Origin: Macrostomum lignano | Taxonomy: Eukaryota | DNA length: 64,000 nt | Direction of reading: 5' to 3' | Assembly (NCBI GenBank): GCA_002269645.1 | Contig: NIVC01001690.1 | Coordinates: 185,368 to 249,367, forward strand | Part shown: one piece after another, positions 1 through 17,609 of the stretch | How the letters are laid out: each line of letters begins with the position of its first letter | How positions within the stretch are numbered: the stretch's first letter is position 1 | Position numbers and translations under genes: made by a program | The notes under the pieces: model-generated | The model's input: only the letters and a program-made list of their open reading frames with translations | Database searches by the model: none | What the model was told of the DNA's origin: nothing

Positions 1-402
1 AGGGGGAAGCAGAGAGAGAGGGAAGCAGAGAGAGGAGGAAGCAGAGAGAGGGGGAAGCAGAGAGAGAGGGGGGAAGCAGAGAGAGGGGGAAGCAGAGAGA
101 GAGGGGGAAGCAGAGAGAGAGGGAAGCAGAGAGAGGGGGAAGCAGAGAGAGAGGGGGGAAGCAGAGAGAGGGGGGAAGCGGAGAGAGAGGGGGAAGCAGA
201 GAGAGAGGGGGGAAGCAGAGAGAGAGGGGGAAGCAGAGAGAGAGGGGGGAGCAGAGAGAGAGAGGGGGAAGCAGAGAGAGAGGGGGAAGCAGAGAGAGAG
301 GGGGGAAGCAGAGAGAGAGAGGGGGGAAGCAGAGAGAGAGGGGGGAAGCAGAGAGAGAGAGAGAGGGGGGGAAGCAGAGAGAGAGGGGGGAAGCAGAGAG
401 AA
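1..402. repeat. GA-rich minisatellite, unit ~GGGGGAAGCA(GA)n, ~19-23 nt; truncated by window edge
   Basis: Direct tandem repetition of gggggaagcagagagaga. Confidence 0.9.
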
Positions 403-419
403 ATGAAAAGAGATAAAAG

Positions 420-1005
420 AGAAGAGAGAGAAGAGAAAGGAGAGATCAGAGAGCAAATAAAGACGAGAGAGAAGAGAGGTGAAGGAAAAGACGAGAGAAG
501 AGTGGGAGGAGAGGAAAGAGAAAAGAAGAGAAAAGAGGTGAGATAAGAGAGATGAAAAAGAAGAGAAATGAGGGAAGATACGAGAGAAGAGGGGAGAGAG
601 GAAAGAGGAAAAAGAGAGGAGAGGAGAGGAGAGAGAGCAGAGAGGAGAGACGAGGGACGAGAGAGAAGAGGGGAAACAGAAGAGAAGATAAAAGTTTTAA
701 AGGATCCAAGGGACGTAGGGAGAGTCAGAGGCAGAGGCCAGAGTTTGCCAATACATGTTTTAGAGTCAGACAGACATTAATTGCCTATTTAAAGTAAAAG
801 CACCCCAGCCAACAATATCAATGTTTGCCTCAAATCCTAATTGTACGCGAATGTATTCCATTTTGTTTACCTCTATCCTACTAACTATCAACAAGTTTTT
901 GTTTCAGTATGGGCTTAGATTTCAAGTACATGCAAAAATAGTTCCGGGGATTGGAATTCCCCGGGTTTAAATTCCGCGGGTTTCAACAGCTTGTACATCG
1001 TATAA
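420..1005 (-). mobile_element. Diverged partial copy (inverted) of the hAT-type element at 42257-44263
   Basis: Reverse complement of ~690-1000 aligns colinearly by eye with 42405-42760 (e.g. aagctgttgaaacc..ggaattccaat; gatttgaggcaa.cattgat..gttggctggggtgct; tctaaaacatgtatt; ggatccttt.aaactt.tatctt), followed by the same CT-rich tract. No terminal repeat found for this copy. Confidence 0.75.
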
Positions 1006-1591
1006 ACGATAGTCTCCAGACATTTCTAAACAATACTAAGCTAGACGTTAAGTATATAGTGACTAAAAATTGAAGAAAAAAATACGAACACACTCTGAAA
1101 AAGGGATCTGTATAAGGGATATGTTGCGTCCTGTATAAACGACAATTAAGTAGTCCGTGTGTATAGTATGTTGCGGATCGCGGAGGTGAATAATGGCAAA
1201 AACACCATTATGTTTTGTGGTTGGACCATTATTAAACGGTGCAAGCAACATACTATAAGAGTGCATTGTATAGAATTCTCACCCAGCACACCGGTCAATT
1301 TAACACACTTTTAAGCGGCCATTAGTTCTTTCAAATTCGATTTGATTGGACGACAGATTGGGTGGGTGACCTAATTGGTCACTTGGGCAGAGAGTATGAT
1401 GAACATTGATTATCTGAGTTTACAATCAGATAACATAATTGGATAGTCTATAACTTAGTCATAGAATTTCATTAGTTTAATAACATCATAACAGTATACG
1501 CCTGCTCTTATCAATTGGAAAAATCTGCCGGTGGAGTCACTGAATGGTGTAATAATGGCCGTTTTGACTTGTCATTATGCCTGGTTAAAAG

Positions 1592-2774
1592 CACAGATAC
1601 TATATACACTAGATAGGCCACTCAGGCTAATTTTCACAACACGACAGTTTATTCTACTTTCTGCTTAGTAGTGATAAAACATTTTAGCGTTTTTTATATT
1701 TAAAAAATTAAAAACCAAGATGAATACAATGCAGCAATTGTATTATGATATTATTAGCAAAAATAAACTTTTAACTATACTTTCTACGACAAAAAGCAAT
1801 AGTGTGAATGCTTTAGATTGCATTGACGGCCATATTATTGCTGTTAACTATACTTAGCAAATACAAGCTATTATATACTCCATATTCGTTTATCTAAATA
1901 GAATGATTTCTCATCAATTAATCAGCTCATCAGTTCTTTGCACAGAGGGTAGTTGGTCTATTCGAACGAGCCGAGGCAGCACCAGCTCTCGGTGTGGGAT
2001 TGCGTCCCAGCGAAGACGGGTGTCTTGTTCGTGGCGCTTTTTAGGGCAGTTGTAGGCCTCGTCCGTAAAGTGCAAGCTGCATACACGTAGGCCCCGTGAC
2101 CATATTGTTTGGAGGTCAATATCCAGCTCCAATAGCTGCTGCCAGCGCTTCGCCACAGTTTCATCTTTCGGAAATCTATGCATTCGCACCGGATTTCCTT
2201 TCTCGGGTTGTGATAGCACAGAGCTCGTGCAAGTGGGAGCACAGCAGTGGTTCGAATCAAATGACATTTCTACGAGATAGAAAAGCTAGTACTTTCATTA
2301 ACTCTTGACTCTTTTCCTGTTTATCAATATAAGCTTGTATTTAAACACGATTCGCCAGCCCCAAAATTTCTAACCCCCAACCTCTCAAACCCCACCCCTA
2401 ACCCAGGCTAGCTATGTGCAGTCCTTGGTTTTCTATCCCACCACCAGTGCGCCTAAATTATCGATCCTCTCACCCTGCCTTATACGAAACCGATATCAAC
2501 CCCATTTCAGACTACCCCTTCATCCACTTTAAAACTTAAAAGATAAGCGGAATTGTACACTGTCGCGTCTTAGTGTACACCCTTACTGCCCAAAACAAGT
2601 TAGTTGTCTATGACGATCTTATAGCAAACGATGTCTCAAGAACAGTCGCTCGATTTGTCTAACTTAGCAAATAATACTGTTGCTTCCTTTCATTGCTACT
2701 AAGCAGAAAGTAGAATAAAAAACTTGCCCAGAAAATTAGCCTGAGTGGCCTATCTAGTGTTTATAGTATCTGTG
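1592..2774 (-). mobile_element. Non-autonomous P-element-superfamily DNA transposon (1183 bp) with THAP-only ORF
   Basis: ~80-bp imperfect terminal inverted repeats (1592-1672 / 2696-2774) starting CACAGATACTA, fitting the CANRG terminus consensus of P elements; perfect 8-bp TSD GTTAAAAG at 1584-1591 and 2775-2782; internal THAP ORF. Confidence 0.8.
1914..2267 (-). CDS. THAP zinc-finger domain protein (117 aa), truncated transposase N-terminus
   Basis: C2CH THAP signature: CCAPTC...MHRFP...RW...RVCSLHF...DAIP (AVPTIF-box variant); no catalytic domain fits before the TIR. Confidence 0.8.
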   Translation of the reverse strand: MSFDSNHCCAPTCTSSVLSQPEKGNPVRMHRFPKDETVAKRWQQLLELDIDLQTIWSRGLRVCSLHFTDEAYNCPKKRHEQDTRLRWDAIPHRELVLPRLVRIDQLPSVQRTDELIN

Positions 2775-4919
2775 GTTAAAAGTTCTTTACAATGGTCTTC
2801 TTTATAATGGCGTTAAAAGGACGACCGGGAGAGTTTTTGTAATAAAATTGATCGAAGTGTGTGAACTTGACCGGTTTGCTGGGTAAATAAAAATTCTAAA
2901 CGATGCAACCAACATACTACAAAATCTACCACTGAGAAGGCTTTGTGCACAATTATAATTAGTTATCAACTCCAGCATTAAGGCGTCAGACTCGAAGCGG
3001 GTGAGCATTTACAAGAAAACTAGATCGAAACTAAAGCAAAAAACAGTCGCAACGTGTATAATTGTGGAATATATGCGATTGTTTTCAATGATGTGTTTAT
3101 TTTTTCCGGAATTAGTGAGCGCATTTAAAAATATAATATTGTAGAGGAGTTTCATGTTCGTTTTCACACAATCATAGAATCGAATTTGTAATAAATAATA
3201 TACTGGATACAGGTTAGACCGCAGATCAATGTTGGCATATTGTTCAGAAAAGTACACAGATTCGCAAATTATGGTGTCTTCACAAAAATTATTAAATGAA
3301 ATACATTTTTGCACCTGCACGATGCTCAAGCACCTGATGCTGAAATTATTCTGGTGAATAACACATATACTATGTACATTTGCCACCCACAACCTCGTTA
3401 CTGTATACCCAGCAGCCTCCACCCCACGACGTCAAAAATCCAGTTGAAGTCATTTAGCCCCGGGCTGCCATATGCTGTTGTTACAACGAAAGGAAATTAT
3501 TTCTATCTTATGATTGCAACACAACATGGCAACAACATTATTTCAACGTTTGATCTTTAACTTACTAGTTTAACTTGTGTAATCCACATTGTATTACTAA
3601 GAGTAGCAATCGAAAAACGTAGTCAGGCCATCACCAATATAATTTTTAAAAAATTGCATAAAATTCTGCACTATTTTTTCTATTGTTTGGCAAATTGATA
3701 TAAATTTCTGCACGGTTTTCACACGAGTTTTACATAAATATTTCCAAAGAGAAGGATTTACATAAATATAAAATGCAGTGGAGGATTTAAACACCCATAA
3801 GAGTGGCTGGGATTTAATCACTCCGTCCATTGAAAGCATTATACTTCAGAATATTGATCATATTTGGGGCTGCCAGCCCAAAAGAAAAGGGACGTGATTA
3901 TCTTCAGTCACAGAGTCTTCTCTGTGATATATTTTTCGGCTCAATCAACTATTGTTGCTACTACAGGCGTAAATGGAGTATTTTCCATTAAAGAATTAAG
4001 CAGTTAACCATCCTCAGCCTCTCCCTAAAAAACTGTGCCAACAGCAAGCCAAAAGCTACTTTTGAATTTAACTTGATCCATGGGTGCGAAGTGGCTCCTT
4101 GTGTTGACAGGTCCAAGGAAGCAGACAAAGGTCAAGAAACATAAAATAGCAGAACAGAAAACTTATGCCAGTATAAAAGCTGAAGGGAAGCATCTATTGA
4201 CACAAAATACCTAATTATTTTCAGTGGCAATCTGGTGCGTCTTCAAGGACCCAACAGCCACAGACATCGACCTAGCTAGCCGTGGCTGAGCACCTCCAAC
4301 ATGCGGGAACCCGGTGAAGACTGCGGCAGGCGCAAAGCAGCAGTGCGGCTCAGGAGCTCAGCGTGGAGGAAACCGATGGCGAAGCCGACAAAGTCAGAAA
4401 ATTTTAATTACAGTTGACTTTCTAATACCGTTGCTTTGCCAGCCAATATGTTAAATAGTCGAGGTAATTATTATTTAGATCCCAGTCCCGTTTCTACGGC
4501 GTAGCGTTTCTATGGCATTATTTAGAATGCTCTCAGAATTGTTTACGCAAAGTGTTACTCGTACTCGTATTTAGCTTTTTTTGATAAAATAAAGCCACTG
4601 AAAAACTAGATATTGTTTGTTGCATTGAGGCTGATTTTTGACAAGAATTTGGTTTCGATTCTATTGATATAATTTGCTTGTAGCAAGAATCAGAAACATT
4701 AATCAACGATTCCAACCTGACTACTGATATAAAGTCTAACAAGTAGTGTACTACGATTTGTTAATGGTTGTGAAAATGCTCAAGCACCTGATGCTGGAAT
4801 TTTTTAGTTTAAATAATTCTATGTACACTATCTGCACATACAGTATGTACATTAGACACCGCCACGCCACCCCATGAGACCCAGCGATTGCACCAAGACA
4901 CCCGCCACCCCTGACACAC

Positions 4920-5420
4920 ATGTTTACCCTCCACATTGACTTCACCCTGAACCCCATCACGCCCATCACCCCACTTCACCCTCAACCCCATTTCGCCCAT
5001 CACCCCACTTCACCCTCAACCCCATCACGCCCATCACCCCACTTTACCCTCCACCCATTACGCCCACCACCCCACTTCACCCTCAACCCCATTACGCTCA
5101 TCACCCCACTTCACCCTCAACCCCATTACGCCCATCCCTCCACTTCACCCTCAACCCCATTTCGCCCATCACCCCACTTCACCCTCAACCCCATTACGCC
5201 CACCACCCCACTTCACCCTCAACCCCATTACGCCCATCCCCCCACTTCACCCTCAACCCCATTTCGCCCATCACCCCACTTCACCCTCAACCCCATTACG
5301 CCCATCACCCCACTTCACCCTCAACCCCATTACGCCCATCACCCCACTTCACCCTCAACCCCATTTCGCCCATCACCCCACTTTACCCTCCACCCATTAC
5401 GCCCACACACCGCCATAAAT
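4920..5420. repeat. 34-nt minisatellite (caccccacttcaccctcaaccccattacgcccat)
   Basis: Tandem copies visible directly. Confidence 0.9.
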
Positions 5421-5586
5421 CCAATTTAACTTACGGCTGCAGGCCTCCTCGTCCGTTGGCTTTACTGATGGAACCATTTTTTCCGAAAATTAGTGAGCGC
5501 ATTTGAAATTATTACACTAAAAGAGACATTGAGAAGTTTATTGTTCTGTTCCAAGCAATCAAGTGTGGAGATCCAGTTGAAGTCAT

Positions 5587-10553
<4,967 letters not shown>

Positions 10554-11209
10554 TGTGCCGTAATCCAAGTGTCCTACCAGAGTTCAAACTCAGTGATCGG
10601 TGTGTGTGTACCGGTTTAGTATGAAAGCAGCAATTATTTTATTAAGTAAGAGTTAGTTTTCTAAATCGAAGGTTTTGAGGGAGAGTTTATTTGCACTGAA
10701 TTATCTTTTCTAGGTAGAAACAATTGATTGGTTGATTTACGATGCTGTGCACGGGACTCCCGCTGGGACAGTATAGAGCTGCTGAGGCTGGGTTGTGCCA
10801 CAGACTATCCTCTGCGAACTGTACCTGGAGCCGAACTCCGATTTGCCATAGACTATTTGTTTAGCTAAGGGTAGGAAATTCAAAATGTACTTTTTGGGAA
10901 TCAATCTTGATTGACTTTTGGTTGACTTTTTGGTTGACAGAGGTTGGGCGACTCAAGCTCAAGATTTATTAAGAGTATTGATCTAATCAGCATCTTATCC
11001 AGTTGGCATTTGCTTACAACAGGCTATCTTACTGCAGTTACAAGTGCTGTGAAAATGATACACTAATAAACCCAAAACTTTGTGAATAAAATACGAGGTA
11101 GGTATTGATAGAACTAGGAAATGAGAATTGTGTCTCTGTGGGAAGAGAGGGGGAAGAGGGAGAGAGATCGAAACAGAGAGGTAGAGAGGGGGAGAGAGTG
11201 AAAGAGGGA

Positions 11210-11700
11210 GAGGGGTGGATACAGAGAGGGAGGTGGATACAGGGAGGGAGGTGGATACAGAGAGGGAGGTGGATACAGAGAGGGAGGTGGATACAGAGAG
11301 GGAGGTGGATACAGAGAGGGAGGTGGATACAGAGAGGGAGGTGGATACAGGGAGGGAGGTGGATACAGAGAGGGAGGTGGATACAGGGAGGGAGGTGGAT
11401 ACAGGGAGGGAGGTGGATACAGGGAGGGAGGTGGATACAGAGAGGGAGGTGGATACAGGGAGGGAGTTGGATACAGAGAGGGAGGTGGATGCAGGGAGGG
11501 AGGTGGATACAGGGAGGGAGGTGGATACAGAGAGGGAGGTGGATACAGGGAGGGAGATGGATACAGAGAGGGAGGTGGATACAGGGAGGGAGGTGGATAC
11601 AGGGAGGGAGATGGATACAGGGAGGGAGGTGGATACAGAGAGGGAGGTGGATACAGAGAGGGAGGTGGATACAGAGAGGGAGGTGGATACAGGGAGAGTA
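11210..11700. repeat. 20-nt minisatellite (gagggaggtggatacagaga)
   Basis: Direct inspection. Confidence 0.9.
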
Positions 11701-11874
11701 GAGGCGAGATGTGGAGGGGAACAGATTAGGAAGGATTTGAAAATACTGATAGTTTCACTCCTTGCACCGGTGAAGTCTAGTTCCGACTGTGCCAGCAGTT
11801 CAAGCAATACATCGCGAATCCATACTGTAAATCTATCATCCGACTCTCAAAAGTACATCGCGAAAATACTGTCA

Positions 11875-14265
11875 TCATTTTTTGGCAACCTCATTCAGCC
11901 TTTTAGTTTCGATCTCCGCTTCTCGTTTCATCTTTTCTTCCAAAAGTGCGGCCAAGTTGCCGGCCGCGTAGCCACCGACGCTGACGGCCTGGGCGGGGGC
12001 CGCTTTCGCCGCCTGAGTCTCCTGCCGTTCCAGCGCGCGCAGCTTGTCCGCCTGTGCCTCGCGTTGGGCCTTGAGAGCCAGCTGCGTCTGCGGCGACTGC
12101 GGCGACTGTGCCAGCTTCCGAAGGGGCTGTGGTGGTAGCAAGAGTCATGCCAGACATTAGGGCGACAGAGCCGATACATTGGGGTGGCAGGGTAGACACT
12201 GGGGAGGCAGAGTAGACACAGGGGAGGCAGAGTAGACACTGGAAAGGCAGAGAAGACACTAGGGAGGCAGAGTAGAAACTGGGGAGGTAGAGTAGACACT
12301 GGGGAGGTAGAGTAGACACTGGAGAGGCAGAGTAGACACTGGGGAGGTAGAGTAGACACTGGGGAGGCAGGGTAGACACTGGGAAGGCAGAGTAGACACT
12401 GGGGAGGCAGAGTAGACACTGGGAAGGCATATTAGACACTGGGAAGGCATAGTAGACACTGGAGAGGCAGAGTAGACACTGGGGAGGCAGAGTAGACACT
12501 GGGGAGGCAGAGTAGACACTGGGGAGGCAGAGTAGACACTGGGAAGGCATAGTAGACACTGGAGAGGCAGAGTAGACACTGGAGAGGCAGAGTAGACACT
12601 GGAGAGGCAGAGTAGACACTGGGAAGGCATAGTAGACACTGGAGAGGCAGAGTAGACACTGGAGAGGTAGAGTAGACACCATGAGGCAGAGTAGACACCA
12701 TGAGGCAGAGCGGACACCGTGAGGCAGAGCGGACACTGGGGAGGTAGAGTAGACACTGGGGAGGCAGAGTAGACACTGGGGAGGCAGAGTAGACACTGGG
12801 GAGGCAGAGTAGACACTGGGGAGGCAGAGTAGACACAATGAGGCAGAGTAGACACTGGGAAGGCATAGTAGACACTGGAGAGGCAGAGTAGACACTGGAG
12901 AGGCAGAGTAGACACTGGAGAGGCAGAGTAGACACTGGGAAGGCATAGTAGACACTGGAGAGGCAGAGTAGACACTGGAGAGGTAGAGTAGACACCATGA
13001 GGCAGAGTAGACACCATGAGGCAGAGCGGACACCGTGAGGCAGAGCGGACACTGGGGAGGTAGAGTAGACACTGGGGAGGCAGAGTAGACACTGGGGAGG
13101 CAGAGTAGACACTGGGGAGGCAGAGTAGACACTGGGGAGGCAGAGTAGACACAATGAGGCAGAGTAGAAACTGGGGAGGTAGAGTAGACACTGGGGAGGT
13201 AGAGTAGACACTGGGGAGGCAGAGTAGACACTGGGGAGGTAGAGTAGACACTGGAGAGGCAGAGTAGACACTGGGGAGGCAGAGTAGACACTGGGGAGGC
13301 AGAGTAGACACTGGGGAGGCAGAGTAGACACTGGGGAGGCAGAGTAGACACTGGGGAGGCAGAGTAGACACCATGAGGCAGAGCGGACACTAGAATATCA
13401 GGGTAGCCCCTCAAGCAATCAATCCCAGCGCACCTTCCGCGCCGGGTGCATCTGCTTCCAGCCAGCGGCAGCCGCCCTCTTTCTGTCCACGGCTGCCTTG
13501 GTGAGCATCCGGTGCAGCTCCCGGTCCCGGTTCTTCTGTTTCTTAGTATCGAACAGGCGCACAAAGTGGGAAATCAGGCCGAGGGGCCGCTGCTCCGGGC
13601 TTTCTCTCTGCTTCTGGCGGCGCCATTTGTCCTCCGCGCGCTGACGGAAGGACAGCAGCAGCTCGATGGTGTCCTGGCCAGCCGAGACCAGCAGCAGGAT
13701 CATTAGGCCGCTGAGGGCGGCGCAGGTGCCGCCAAGGACCTTGGGGAGGGGGGGGGTCGGCGCAAGAAGTTTCATGATAATGTCGGGTAAAAAATAATTT
13801 AATCGCTCTGTGCAGTGGCATCTAGATATGTCGCTGCTACCCAGTGTCTACCCTGCCTCCCAAGTGTCTACTCTGCTTCTCGCGTGTCTACTCTGCCTCT
13901 CCAGTGTCTACTCTGCCTCCCCAGTGTCTACTCTGCCTCCCCAGTGTCTACTCTGCCTCTCCAGTGTCTACTCTGCCTCCCCAGTGTCTACTCTGCCTCC
14001 CCAGTGTCTACTCTGCCTCTCCAGTGTCTACTCTACCTGTCCAGTGTCTACTCTGCCTCCCCAGTGTCTACTCTGCCTCTCCAGTGTCTACTCTGCCTCT
14101 TCAGTGTCTACTCTGCCTCTCCAGTGTCTACTCTGCCTCCCCAGTGTCTACTCTGCCTCCCTAGTGTCTACTCTGCCTACCCAGTTTTTTACCCTGCTAC
14201 TATGCTCGGAGTAGAGGAGAGATAGGAGGCAGGGGAGTGGGGAGAGGAGAGTAGAGAGTAGAGAG

Positions 14266-14341
<76 letters not shown>

Positions 14342-16706
14342 AGTAGAGAGAGTAGAGAGGAGAGGGGATAGGAGACAGGGGAGAGGAGAGAGGAGAGATA
14401 GGAGACAGGGAGAGGAGAGATAGGAGACAGGGGAGAGGACAGATAGGAGACAGGGGAGAGGAGAGATAGGAGACAAGGGAGAGGAGAGATAGGAGACAGG
14501 GGAGAGGAGAGATAAGAGACAGGGAGAGGAGAGATAGGAGACAGGGAGAGGAGAGATAGGAGACAGGGAGAGGAGAGATAGGAGACAGGGGAGAGGAGAG
14601 ATAAGAGACAGGGGAGAGGAGAGATAGGAGACAGGGAGAGGAGAGATAGGAGACAGGGAGAGGAGAGATAGGAGACAGGGGAGAGGAGAGATAAGAGACA
14701 GGGGAGAGGAGAGATAGGAGACAGGGAGAGGAGAGATAGGAGACAGGGAGAGGAGAGATAGGAGACAGGGAGAGGAGAGATAGGAGACAGGGAGAGGAGA
14801 GATAGGAGACAGGGGAGAGGAGAGATAGGAGACAGGGGAGAGGAGATATAGGAGACAAGGGAGAGGAGATATAGGAGACAGGGGAGAGGAGAGAAGGCCA
14901 ACACTAGCACAGAAGTACAGAGACAGAACTCCGATAAGCTGCCAGCTGCGCAAGCTCACCCAGAAGAAGAAGCCGAGCCCCATGAGCCCATCGGAGCCTG
15001 ACAGGTCCCTGACGGCCTGGCTGCAGGTCAGTTTCCTGGCCGCCGCAGCCGTGCAGTTGCCGCTCATCTGGCCGCAGCAACTGCTCGGCAGAGTAGGCCG
15101 GCCCCATTTAATGAAATCCTTGGCGCCTTTCTGCAGTCCACAGCAGCCATTCTTCAGGTGAATCTGGCTGATGTACCGCTCGTCACCTGTGACTGCGTAG
15201 GCGCGGAAGTAGCGCCTCTGTTGCACTATTATGGCCTGTGGGATTGCGCCTAGCTGGCTGTGGGTTAGCCGCAATATGCCCCAAGTCCCTATACCCCTGT
15301 CCTAATACCCCTGTCTTAATACCCCTGTCCTAATACCCCTGTCTTAATACCCCTGTCCTAGTACCCCTGTCTTAATACCCCTGTCCTAGTACCCCTGTCT
15401 TAATACCCCAGTCCCAATACCCCCAGTCCCAATACCCCAGTCTTAATACCCCCAGTCCCAATACCCCAGTCTCAACACCCCAGTCCCAATACCCCAGTCT
15501 CAACACCCCAGTCCCAATACCCCAGTCTCAACACCCCAGTCCCAATACCCCAGTCTCAACACCCCAGTCCCAATACCCCAGTCTCAACACCCAGTCTCAA
15601 TACCTCAGTCTCAACACCCCAGTCCCAATACCCCAGTCTCAACACCCCAGTCCCAATACCCCAGTCTCAACACCCCAGTCCCAATACCCCAGTCTCAACA
15701 CCCCAGTCCCAATACCCCAGTCTCAACACCCCAGTCCCAATACCCCAGTCTCAACACCCCAGTCCCAATACCCCAGTCTCAACACCCCAGTCCCAATACC
15801 TCAGTCTCAACACCCCAGTCCCAATACCTCAGTCTCAACACCCCAGTCCCAATACCCCAGTCTCAACACCCCAGTCCCAATACCTCAGTCTCAACACCCC
15901 AGTCCCAATACCCCAGTCTCAACACCCCAGTCCCAATACCCCAGTCTCAACACCCCAGTCCCAATACCCCAGTCTCAACACCCCAGTCCCAATACCCCAG
16001 TCTCAACACCCCAGTCCCAATACCCCAGTCTCAACACCCCAGTCCCAATACCCCAGTCTCAACACCCCAGTCCCAATACCTCAGTCTCAACACCCCAGTC
16101 CCAATACCCCAGTCTCAACACCCCAGTCCCAATACCCCAGTCTCAACACCCCAGTCCCAATACCCCAGTCTCAACACCCCAGTCCCAATACCCAGTCTCA
16201 ACACCCCAGTCCCAATACCCCAGTCTCAACACCCCAGTCTACCCCAGTCTCAACACCCCAGTCCCAATACCCCAGTCTCAACACCCCAGTCCACCCCAGT
16301 CTCAACACCCAGCCCAATACAGCTCGTTCGGGCTTCACCGCTGCCATCAGCAGCCATGCAGTCAGCTCCGAGTGCGCCCGCCGCCGCCGGAGGCCGCGCA
16401 GACGGCCAGAGCGCCGATGTTGGCGGTAGCATAGCCAGTGGCGCCCAATACCTTGTACACCCAGTTCAGATTGCTATCCAACAGCTCCGTCGGCACCTTC
16501 AACAAGCTGGCAAACTGCTGCAGCTCCAGAGTCATGAAGTTCAACAGTCCAGCCGAGGCGAACACCACGATAATACCACCAAGGCTGAGCAGGAAAATCG
16601 ATGTCAAGAGAATCAAACCGCGCAGAGTTGGCTGCTCGCCGCATAAGCGCTCATCATCGTCGCCATCGTTGTTCTCGACCTCGGTGGCGCCTGCCGGCGG
16701 TTGCAT
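11875..16706 (-). CDS. Tetraspanin-family protein with extended cytoplasmic C-tail; exon 1 has an apparent frameshift/deletion at TM2-TM3
   Basis: Exons 16706-16321 (TM1, TM2; stop at 16364-16362, TM3-like ELTAWLLMAAV continues in the -1 frame; donor less certain), 15253-14960 (EC2 with CCG, PSSCC and further Cys), 13739-13434 (TM4 FFFW|VLGGTCAALSGLMILLLV plus basic tail), 12126-11875; exon 2-3 and 3-4 junctions are GT-AG phase 0. Confidence 0.7.
12182..13390 (+). repeat. 20-nt minisatellite (agagtagacactggggaggc), tetraspanin intron 3
   Basis: ~60 tandem copies with variants. Confidence 0.95.
13835..14185 (-). repeat. Same 20-nt minisatellite in inverted orientation (ccagtgtctactctgcctcc), tetraspanin intron 2
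   Basis: Unit is the exact reverse complement of the 12182-13390 unit. Confidence 0.95.
14210..14895. repeat. (GA)n plus 21/22-nt minisatellite (ggagaggagagataggagacag)
   Basis: Direct inspection. Confidence 0.9.
15290..16320. repeat. 28-nt (2x14) minisatellite (ccccagtcccaataccccagtctcaaca), tetraspanin intron 1
   Basis: Direct inspection. Confidence 0.95.
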
Positions 16707-16869
16707 TGCAGGGCGGGTGCTTAGACCGGTCTCGTAATCTGCGGGATTGACTTATTTGCGGATAATAGTCGGGAAGGAACTCCTTAGCCAGCCATAGACT
16801 GTCTTTAAACCGCGTGCATTGACTGAGGCTCTTATCAAGCACATAGAGCCAGGTTATTAGCTACATATA

Positions 16870-17405
16870 TAATATAGAGCAAAATTGTTAGATTGATAGA
16901 GACAGATTGATATATTGATAAAGGCAGATTGATATATTGATAAAGGCAGATTGATATATTGATAGAGCCATATTGATAGAGCCACATTGATATATTGATA
17001 AAGGCAGATTGATATATTGATAGAGCCATATTGATAGAGCCACATTGATATATTGATAAAGGCAGATTGATATATAGATAGAGCCATATTGATAGAGCCA
17101 CATTGATATATTGATAAAGGCAGATTGATATATTGATAGAGCCATATTGATAGAGCCAGATTGATATATTGATAAAGGCAGATTGATATATTGATAAAGG
17201 CAGATTGATAGATTGATAAAGGCAGATTGATAGATTGATAAAGGCAGGTTAATAGATTGATAAAGGCAGATTGATATATTGATAGAGCCATATTGATAGA
17301 GCCATATTGATAGAGCCACATTGATAGAGCCATATTGATAGAGCCACATTGATAGAGCCATATTGATATATTGATAAAGGCAAATTGATATATTGATAAA
17401 GGCAT
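16870..17405. repeat. Composite minisatellite (tattgatagagcca / tattgataaaggcagattgata)
   Basis: Direct inspection. Confidence 0.9.
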
Positions 17406-17609
17406 GTTACTGCTCCAATAAAATTTTGCACATTTCCGTATTTGCGGTTCTGCTATCAGTCAAGCATGATGATAAAGTTTTTCAAGCCGCGCAATGTGTT
17501 TTATTAAGAATAAAAAGCTGACCATAAGAAAAAGTTGTTTAACGAGCAGTTTGGAAACGAAAAGAAAAAATCGAATTCGTCAATTCGAGTTAACTGAATC
17601 GAATTAAAA

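Noticed and set aside
3009-3422. 137-aa minus-strand ORF next to the THAP element as a possible transposase exon
   Set aside because: It lies outside the TIR/TSD boundary, has no transposase motif, and overlaps the degenerate duplicated blocks
4220-4410. GC-rich island as a possible further exon of the CUB-LDLa gene
   Set aside because: The gene already ends at 5587; no frame gives a recognisable domain or consistent splice pair
4920-5420. C-rich repeat as an interstitial telomere
   Set aside because: 34-nt unit without TTAGGG periodicity
11903-13564. 553 aa and overlapping ORFs (SVYSASPVSTLPPQCLL repeats)
   Set aside because: Products of the 20-nt intronic minisatellite; the real exon is 12126-11875
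16362-16364. In-frame TGA in tetraspanin (and Ryk 63358-63360, GPCR ~45926) as selenocysteine or readthrough
   Set aside because: The expected protein continues in a different frame, so readthrough would not restore it; frameshift is the better explanation
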